Position numbers and translations under genes: made by a program. The notes below the pieces were generated by a model that was not told the DNA's origin, ran no database searches, and worked only from the letters and a program-made list of their open reading frames with translations. DNA of 6,448 bases, from contig NW_021829336.1 of assembly GCF_006345805.1 (NCBI RefSeq), positions 1 to 6,448 of the forward strand, read 5' to 3'. How positions within the stretch are numbered: position 1 is the stretch's first letter; each line of letters opens with the position of its first letter. Shown here in pieces: positions 1 to 6,448 of this stretch. The DNA comes from Octopus sinensis. Taxonomy: Eukaryota.

Positions 1-370
1 TTAAAATTCAATATTTGAACAGAGAAATTTGAATAAGTGTTTTATTTATGCAAAGAAGTGGAGGAATGGAACCGTGTCATGTTTCAGGCTTGTCTTGAAA
101 TTCCAGCACATTTTTGTTTGTTTTTGTGAGAATTTTCTTTTCCGTAGAATTCTTGTGAAATATTTCACTGATGGCACCAGGTTCAAATCCCGTTCCGAAC
201 GATTATTCCTGCGAGTTGTTGTTATTCTTGTTGTTGTCGTCAAATTCTTCACCACTATCGTCCAAGAAGCTCGTTAATCAAACTCATTTTTTCTATTTAT
301 CATTTTGTATTTCTACGAAATTTCTAGATCTACACAGTCGAAAACTCAGCCTAATAAATATAAAAGTGTA

Positions 371-585
371 AAAGGCGACGAGGTGGCAGAACCGTTACCC
401 CACGAGGGAAAATGCTTAGTGGCATTTCATCTGTCTTTACGTTCTGAGTTCAAATTCCGCAAAGGTCAACTTTGCCTTTCATTATTTATTTCGGGTCGAT
501 AAAATAACTAGTTGAGCACTGGGGTTAATGTCACTGACTCAGCCCCTTCCTGAATTTGGTGGTTATGTTCCAAAATTTGATACCA
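371..585 (+). mobile_element. tRNA-derived SINE, copy 1 (Octopus-type, degraded)
   Basis: A-box-like TGGCAGAACCGTT (384-396) and B-box GTTCAAATTCC (448-458) with Pol III type-2 spacing. Clearly homologous to the adjacent copy at 602-800 (shared GTTCTGAGTTCAAATTCCGC, GGTCRACTTTGC.TTTCAT). Resembles an abundant Octopus SINE as recalled; not database-checked. Confidence 0.75.
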
Positions 586-601
586 GTGTTTCATTCACTA
601 C

Positions 602-800
602 AAAAGGCGGCGCGCTGGCAGAATCGTTAAAACCGGAGAAAATACTCAACGACATTTCATCCATCCTCGCGTTCTGAGTTCAAATTCCGCCGAGGTCGAC
701 TTTGCTTTTCATTTCCTTCGGGGTCAATAGAATGAGTACCAATCAAAAACTAGACTCGATGTAATCGACTAACGCTTTCTTCAAAATCAATCGGCTGGCA
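602..800 (+). mobile_element. tRNA-derived SINE, copy 2 of the same family (degraded, 3' end approximate)
   Basis: A-box-like TGGCAGAATCGTT (616-628) and B-box GTTCAAATTCC (678-688). Collinear with 371-585 at an offset of about 230 bp. Confidence 0.75.
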
Positions 801-806
801 AAATAA

Positions 807-936
807 AAAGAACCTACCTTGTGACGTTCCGTGTGTCACTGAATCTACGAGAAAAGAACGCACGTTTGTGGAGTATTCAGTCGCTTGCACGTTAAATGCA
901 ACCGGAACACTCGTCGTCGTAACCGATGGAGGGCCA
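807..936. mobile_element. Fragment of another interspersed repeat (probable SINE 3' part), internally deleted
   Basis: Motifs GTGTCACTGAATCT, TGTGGAGTATTCAG..CTTGCACGTTAA and CTCGTCGTCGTAACCGATGGAG match my recollection of a common Octopus repeat. There is no second copy in the window to confirm it. Confidence 0.4.
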
Positions 937-1219
937 GTTTGATTTCTCTGTCGTTCAAACTCAGGCCATTAGCGAACCTTAAGTTATTCTCAGACTGTAT
1001 GTCTAGTCAGAATACAAACAACAAAGTGGATGTCATGGAAGCTGTTGGTTTTTCCTTCCGTTGACCGAAGAACAGATGAAGTCTCTCATTAACAATAGGA
1101 AAGAAAACTTCGATAATTATCGGGAAGTTTATAATCTTCCACACACTTTCCGTCAATCAGATTCTGTTCGACAAACGTTTTATTCGGCCCCAGGCAGTAA
1201 TAAACATATTATTAAATTT

Positions 1220-1280
1220 GCAGCATCGTGGAATTGAACTCGAGACCAAATAGTTGGGAACAGAACATCTACACTCACAC
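1220..1280 (-). mobile_element. Degenerate tRNA-like SINE head fragment
   Basis: The minus strand reads TTCCCAACTATTTGGTCTCGAGTTCAATTCCAC, with a B-box-like GAGTTCAATTCC. It resembles the head of a second cephalopod SINE family (recalled). Confidence 0.4.
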
Positions 1281-1823
1281 CTCTATAGAAACAGATGCAT
1301 AAACATCTAATTTATTCTAAGTATTCTGCATGTGATCCAACCATATGTGAACCTGCAGGATTGATTTTATACTTCTGCATGTAATCTATCGAAGTAAGAA
1401 AGAAAATATCGCACAAGGACACCACAAAATAAATATTTACTTAACACACGATGTGATTTAAACCTGTTTTTTTCCCATGTTATCCAGTAAGATATGTTCT
1501 GTCTCTACCTTTACAGTTTAACATAGGCAACTGAAATATTCGTTGAAGTCTGCTATTAACGCTTAAGTATTCATTCTACGAGGTGTGAACAGACATAAAG
1601 CCATGTCGTTTACTTGCAGAAACCAATAATTTTCCCGGCCGTCTCCAAACGAACAATTATCAACAGCCGATTCATTCATAGACACATTTTCAAACAAAAG
1701 TTGGGTTTTTATATCTCAGAGATAAAAATACATAACATCGTTTTGCACTTTAAAAAGACATTGATTTAAAACTAATCCGATTTTCATTGGCAGACTAAGC
1801 TAATTCCCAATACCTACCCGCCA

Positions 1824-1842
1824 ACCTACCTACCTACCTACC
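1824..1842. repeat. (ACCT)n tetranucleotide microsatellite
   Basis: acctacctacctacctacc, about 4.75 units. Confidence 0.9.
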
Positions 1843-1846
1843 CACT

Positions 1847-1912
1847 TATATGTGCGTGTGTGTATATGTGTGTGCATCGATGTAGGTATATAAATACTTT
1901 ATTGCATATATG

Positions 1913-1943
<31 letters not shown>

Positions 1944-2042
1944 GTACATCTATACATACATACATACACATATATAGCTATATATATGCGCATATATATA
2001 TTTTATACAAATGAAAATATGTATATATATGTGTGTATATGC

Positions 2043-2085
<43 letters not shown>

Positions 2086-2099
2086 CATTATATATTATA

Positions 2100-2139
<40 letters not shown>

Positions 2140-2192
2140 GTGATTGTGTACTGATATAAATATATATATACATATGTATATGTATATATATA

Positions 2193-2227
<35 letters not shown>

Positions 2228-2289
2228 GTGTGTGTGTGTGTATTTATAGATCTATATGTATATATGTATATATGTATATATATATATAC

Positions 2290-2327
<38 letters not shown>
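1847..2327. repeat. Compound, interrupted (TA)n/(TG)n/(CATA)n microsatellite
   Basis: Long TA runs with TG and CATA interruptions, seen directly. Confidence 0.95.
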
Positions 2328-2328
<1 letters not shown>

Positions 2329-2635
2329 TTAAATAACTTTAATGGAGTTAGACTTCATAATTATATATAATTCAAATATTCGTGTATATAAGTGTATACA
2401 TATATATATTAATGTTGGTGGGGGGGGGCTGTATGTGTATTATTTTTCTGGTCTTCTCCGTCTAAATATCCTTTTCCACAGCGTCATCTCTTCCACTGGT
2501 TTTTCTTTTATTTATTTCGCACCTAACATCTACTTAAATATAATCTACAAATTATATTCACATTTATAACAATAATAGTCGAGACAGAATTACAAATAGG
2601 CGGTCTTCAAACGGACACAAGCGTTCGCAGGGAAG

Positions 2636-2732
2636 TGTATATGTCTGCGAGTGTTTTTGTGTGTGTGTACATAGATATACATGGGTATGTATATATGGAC
2701 ATGCCTATCTATATATCCAGATATCCATACGT

Positions 2733-2763
<31 letters not shown>

Positions 2764-2781
2764 ATATGTATGTGTGTGTTG

Positions 2782-2854
<73 letters not shown>

Positions 2855-3136
2855 TATACATACATAGATATAATATATATACGTATATATACGTACCACA
2901 CACATATATATATATATACAGGCATATATGTATACATATACATTTAAATATGTCTGCAATTTTGAGTGTATGTGTGTGGGGGTGAGAAAGATGAGTGCGT
3001 GTGTGTATATATTGTATATATATATGTGTATATATATGTGTATGTATATATAATATATATATATATATATGTATATATATACATATATATATGTATATAT
3101 GTATATTATATATATATCTATATATATATATATATA
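2636..3136. repeat. Compound (TA)n/(TG)n/(CA)n microsatellite; left flank of the retrozyme insertion
   Basis: Seen directly. It includes a long pure (TA)n run around 2787-2848 and ends in (TA)n abutting 3137. Confidence 0.95.
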
Positions 3137-3259
3137 ATAACAATTTAGGAATGGCCTAGACAGGCCATTCGTCCACTAGAAAGAGCAGCCATAACTCCAA
3201 CCGCCAAGTAGTGTAATTCGGAAATAAGGTGAAAATTTAAAAACATTTACCCTAATTCA

Positions 3260-3360
3260 TCTTTATATACGATGCATCGTTTCAGTGTCTTTAATGATAG
3301 AACCAGCTTAATAAATTAAATAAGCTAGTCTACCATAGGTCACACTTCATCAGTAAAAGA
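3260..3360 (-). ncRNA. Type I hammerhead ribozyme, copy 1 (1-nt insertion in stem I; predicted cleavage 3268/3267)
   Basis: Minus strand: UCUUUUA-CUGAUGA (3353-3347)-AGUGU...ACACU-GAAA (3283-3280)-CGAUGCAUCG-UA|UAUAAAGA. Core intact; stem I has a single bulge and stem II has small indels. Confidence 0.8.
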
Positions 3361-3733
3361 AACCTGGGAGAGACGGATATATCGAGGCGACTGTATCAAT
3401 GCCTCGGGAATATCTGTCTTAAAATTTTCAAGACCAACGCATTCGCGCCAAACTTATCGGCAGCAAATATAAACTGCCGATTCAATCTCAGAATTAGTCA
3501 GAAAATTATCAATTAATCAATTTAGGGTAGCAAAAAATTCAGTAAAAATTTATCGCTACCAGCGGCCCAATGGAAAAGAGAAAATAGTCAAAGACTAAAT
3601 ATGTATAAATATACCAATTTAGGAATGGCCTAGACAGGCCATTCGTCCACTAGAAAGAGCAGCCATAACTCCAACCGCCAAGTAGTGTAATTCGGAAATA
3701 AGGTGAAAATTTAAAAACATTTACCCTAATTCA

Positions 3734-3834
3734 TCTTTTATACGATGCATCGTTTCAGTGTCTTTAATGATAGACCAGCTTAATTAAATTAAATTAAGCT
3801 AGTCTACCATAGGTCACACTTCATCAGTAAAAGA
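3734..3834 (-). ncRNA. Type I hammerhead ribozyme, copy 2 (predicted cleavage 3741/3740)
   Basis: Minus strand: stem I UCUUUUA/UAAAAGA (7 bp perfect), CUGAUGA (3827-3821), stem II base AGUGU/ACACU, GAAA, stem III CGAUGCAUCG, GUA cleavage triplet. Confidence 0.9.
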
Positions 3835-4207
3835 AACCTGGGAGAGACGGATATATCCGAGGCGACTGTATCAATGCCTCGGGAATATCTGTCTTAAAAT
3901 TTTCAAGACCAACGCATTCGCGCCAAACTTATCGGCAGCAATATAAACTGCCGATTCAATCTCAGAATTAGTCAGAAAATTATCAATTAATCAATTTAGG
4001 GTAGCAAAAAATTCAGTAAAAATTTATCGCTACCAGCGGCCCAATGGAAAAGAGAAAATAGTCAAAGACTAAATATGTATAAATATAACAATTTAGGAAT
4101 GGCCTAGACAGGCCATTCGTCCACTAGAAAGAGCAGCCATAACTCCAACCGCCAAGTAGTGTAATTCGGAAATAAGGTGAAAATTTAAAAACATTTACCC
4201 TAATTCA

Positions 4208-4308
4208 TCTTTTATACGATGCATCGTTTCAGTGTCTTTAATGATAGACCAGCTTAATTAAATTAAATTAAGCTAGTCTACCATAGGTCACACTTCATCA
4301 GTAAAAGA
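4208..4308 (-). ncRNA. Type I hammerhead ribozyme, copy 3 (predicted cleavage 4215/4214)
   Basis: Identical to copy 2; CUGAUGA at 4301-4295. Confidence 0.9.
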
Positions 4309-4683
4309 AACCTGGGAGAGACGGATATATCCGAGGCGACTGTATCAATGCTCGGGAATATCTGTCTTAAAATTTTCAAGACCAACGCATTCGCGCCAAA
4401 CTTATCGGCAGCAAATATAAACTGCCGATTCAATCTCAGAATTAGTCAGAAAATTATCAATTAATCAAATTAGGGTAGCAAAAAATTCAGTAAAAATTTA
4501 TCGCTACCAGCGGCCCAATGGAAAAGAGAAAATAGTCAAAGACTAAATATGTATAAATATAACAATTAGGAATGGCCTAGACAGGCCATTCGTCCACTAG
4601 AAAGCAGCAGCCATAACTCCAACCGCCAAGTAGTGTAATTCGGAAATAAGGTGAAAATTTAAAAACATTTACCCTAATTCATC

Positions 4684-5068
4684 TTTTAAGACAGATATTC
4701 CGAGGCATTGATACAGTCGCCTCGGATATATCCGTCTCTCCAGGTTTCTTTTACTGATGAAGTGTGACCTATGGTAGACTAGCTTAATTAATTTAATTAA
4801 GCTGGTCTATCATTAAAGACACTGAAACGATGCATCGTATAAAAGATGAATTAGGGTAAATGTTTTTAAATTTTCACCTTATTTCCGAATTACACTACTT
4901 GGCGGTTGGAGTTATGGCTGCTCTTTCTAGTGGACGAATGGCCTGTCTAGGCCATTCCTAAATTGTTGTATTTATACATATTTAGTCTTTGACTATTTTC
5001 TCTTTTCCATTGGGCCGCTGGTAGCGATAAATTTTTACTGAATTTTTTGCTACCCTAAATTGATTAAT
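4684..5068 (+). mobile_element. Inverted 385-bp partial copy of the retrozyme unit
   Basis: Reverse complement of 3986-4372 with about 4 differences. Joined to the array via shared TTTTA (4684-4688). Ends at ...TGATTAAT (5068), followed by (AT)n. Confidence 0.92.
4747..4846 (+). ncRNA. Type I hammerhead ribozyme, copy 4 (plus strand; predicted cleavage 4839/4840)
   Basis: TCTTTTA (4747-4753), CTGATGA (4754-4760), AGTGT (4761-4765) ... ACACT (4819-4823), GAAA (4824-4827), CGATGCATCG (4828-4837), TA (4838-4839) | TAAAAGA (4840-4846). Confidence 0.9.
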
Positions 5069-5090
5069 ATATATATATATACATACATAC
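5069..5090. repeat. (AT)n/(CATA)n microsatellite; right flank of the retrozyme insertion
   Basis: atatatatatatacatacatac immediately after the inverted arm. Confidence 0.9.
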
Positions 5091-5220
5091 GTGCATCTTA
5101 CATTAGTATAAATTAAATTTTTTCCCTCAAATCATTTATCTTCGCAGAGAACTCCTTAAAAATGGAAAGAACATAAATCATATTTTAATATTTAAAATAT
5201 AACTAAATATATTTCATTAT

Positions 5221-5400
5221 TTCTTACTCATCGATTCAGCCATCAGCCAGCGCCCACGCTGGGGCACCGACTTGAAGATTCCTTAATCGAGTGAATCGGC
5301 CCCGGTGTGTTTTATTGAATCGCTAGGTTAGCAAACAGTGGTTGTCGACGGACATAGGCACAAAGACATACACACAGTCACACACACAGATACATACAAG
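5221..5400 (-). mobile_element. Degraded SINE 3' portion with CA-rich internal segment
   Basis: GCTGGGGCACCGACTTGAAG, TAATCGAGTGAATCGGCCCC, GAATCGCTAGGTTA and GGTTGTC followed by a CA-rich tract match, in order, my recollection of the antisense strand of an Octopus SINE (possibly the same family as 1220-1280). Not database-checked. Confidence 0.45.
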
Positions 5401-5432
5401 GACGCAGTCAAATGATTGCAACAAGTATAAGA

Positions 5433-5464
5433 ATATATATATATATGTACAGTATGTATGTTTG

Positions 5465-5502
<38 letters not shown>
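5433..5502. repeat. (TA)n/(TG)n microsatellite
   Basis: Seen directly. Confidence 0.9.
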
Positions 5503-5503
<1 letters not shown>

Positions 5504-5506
5504 TTG

Positions 5507-5512
5507 TAGTTC

Positions 5513-5551
<39 letters not shown>

Positions 5552-5623
5552 TAGTAACAGTAGCAGCAGCAGCAGCAGCAGTAGTAGTAGTTAGTAGTAG
5601 TAGTAGTAGTAGTAGTAGCAATA
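5507..5623. repeat. Compound trinucleotide microsatellite (TAG)n-(CAG)n-(TAG)n
   Basis: TAG run from 5513, CAG run at about 5564-5581, then TAG again with one extra T. Confidence 0.95.
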
Positions 5624-5676
5624 ATGGATACAGAATATTGAATATACTGGAAACTTTAGTATATGGCATTTATGTG

Positions 5677-5896
5677 GTGTGTGTGTGTGTGTATTTATAT
5701 ATATATATATATACACCATATATATATATGTATATATACATATACAATATATTGTATATAAATATACATATATATTTATATATTATATATATATATTTAT
5801 ATATGTATATATATATTTTTTATTATATATATATGTATATTATTATAATATATATATTTATATATGTATATTATTATATTATTTTATATATATATA
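5677..5896. repeat. Degenerate (TG)n/(TA)n low-complexity tract
   Basis: Seen directly. Confidence 0.9.
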
Positions 5897-5985
5897 ACTT
5901 AGATAACTTTGATAGGTTTCGGCCAGTATAGGCCCAGGGCTACAGCCATTCCTGTAATTACACGCAACTTTCATGTTACTACAAC

Positions 5986-6017
<32 letters not shown>

Positions 6018-6108
6018 CATGTGTGTGTGTGTGTGTGGTGTGTGTGTGCGTACAGATAGATAGATAATACATACATACATGCATACATACATAGACAGAC
6101 AGACACAC
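5986..6108. repeat. Compound (TA)n-(TG)n-(GATA)n-(CATA)n-(GACA)n microsatellite
   Basis: Seen directly. Confidence 0.9.
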
Positions 6109-6154
6109 AAATTTGGGATATGTAAGATATTTATTTACATCATTTACGATGATG

Positions 6155-6420
6155 TATATATGTATGTATATCGAAATATGTCTATATCGATAAATATGTG
6201 AGTGTGTGTGTGTTAGTGTGTGTGCGTGTGTGTGTGTGTTTGCTTGTGTTTGTGTGTGTGTTTGTTCCTGTGTGTGTGTGTATTTGTATGTGTGTGTGTG
6301 TGTGCTTGTGTAAACTGAGTGAATTAGTTACAGAGATGTGTGTGATTGTGTGTACGAGACTGCGCGTATTTGCTTGTATCCGCGTGTGTATATCTGCATA
6401 TATATATATATGTATGTAGG
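6155..6420. repeat. Degenerate (TG)n-rich low-complexity tract
   Basis: Seen directly. Confidence 0.85.
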
Positions 6421-6448
6421 TGTGTTTCTGTATCGAAGCGTGTGTCAA

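Larger units (their letters stand above)
3137..4688 (-). mobile_element. Tandem array of ~3.3 copies of a 474-bp hammerhead-containing unit (putative non-LTR retrozyme)
   Basis: The CAATT(T)AGGAATGG anchor recurs at 3141, 3615, 4089 and 4563 (period 474), and the copies are near-identical. Each complete unit holds a minus-strand Type I hammerhead. Predicted cleavage-to-cleavage monomers: 4688-4215 (474 nt), 4214-3741 (474 nt), 3740-3268 (473 nt), plus a 131-nt tail 3267-3137. No ORF. Confidence 0.88.

Noticed and set aside
155-190. 14-bp palindrome GTGAAATATTTCAC (155-168) and B-box-like GGTTCAAATCC (180-190)
   Set aside because: No upstream A-box and no cloverleaf; isolated motifs like these are plausible by chance in AT-rich DNA.
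29-502. Short ORFs 29-277, 46-255, 171-371 and 305-502
   Set aside because: Short, with no recognisable motif; 305-502 runs through a SINE. The faint likeness of VPSVKYFTRILRK to a Penelope linker region is too weak to call.
371-700. tRNA genes at the SINE heads
   Set aside because: A and B boxes are present but there is no acceptor stem or anticodon arm, and they continue into SINE body sequence.
1324-1386. Direct repeat TTCTGCATGT(G/A)ATC at 1324-1337 and 1373-1386
   Set aside because: Only two 14-bp copies with no wider context; not a CRISPR array or a definable TSD.
2460-2500. Polypyrimidine tract plus CACAG as a possible splice acceptor at ~2480
   Set aside because: No convincing downstream donor site or coding frame.
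3623-3653. GC-rich hairpin followed by CTAG, resembling a Helitron 3' end
   Set aside because: The element's ends do not coincide with it, the spacing is short, CTAG is not followed by T, and the hammerhead explains the unit better.
3656-3680. Possible internal Pol III A-box (minus-strand TGGCGGTTGG) in the retrozyme unit
   Set aside because: Imperfect match and no B-box at a suitable distance. The promoter of the unit cannot be identified from the sequence.
3996-4001. TTAGGG motif in the unit (and CCCTAA at 3724-3729)
   Set aside because: One copy per strand per unit; not a telomeric array.
3137-5068. MITE/TIR DNA transposon or CRISPR-like interpretation of the repeat
   Set aside because: The two termini are not inverted copies of each other (the inverted arm overshoots the left end's register), and there are no unique spacers between repeats.
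1860-6448. All ORFs from 1860 onward in the supplied track (YI-, VC-, HT-, poly-S/V/T-rich)
   Set aside because: They are translations of (TA)n, (TG)n, (CA)n and (TAG)n repeats, which lack stops in some frames. No domain-like content.

Overview
AT-rich, non-coding eukaryotic DNA with no credible protein-coding gene; nearly all listed ORFs are translations of (TA)n/(TG)n/(TAG)n microsatellites. The SINE-like repeats and microsatellite density suggest a coleoid cephalopod (Octopus-like); this is recalled, not verified. The main feature is a ~1.93 kb insertion (3137-5068) inside a (TA)n tract. It consists of ~3.3 tandem copies of a 474-bp unit (3137-4688) joined head-to-head, through a 5-bp microhomology, to an inverted 385-bp piece of the same unit (4684-5068). 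Each complete unit carries a Type I hammerhead ribozyme: 7-bp stem I, CUGAUGA, a ~60-nt extended stem II, GAAA, a palindromic stem III and a GUA cleavage triplet. Three lie on the minus strand and one on the plus strand. This is the architecture of a non-LTR retrozyme. The tandem array can be extended exactly to a predicted self-cleavage site (4688/4689), where the inversion begins, suggesting reverse transcription of self-cleaved RNA. The rest of the window is decayed tRNA-derived SINEs and microsatellites.
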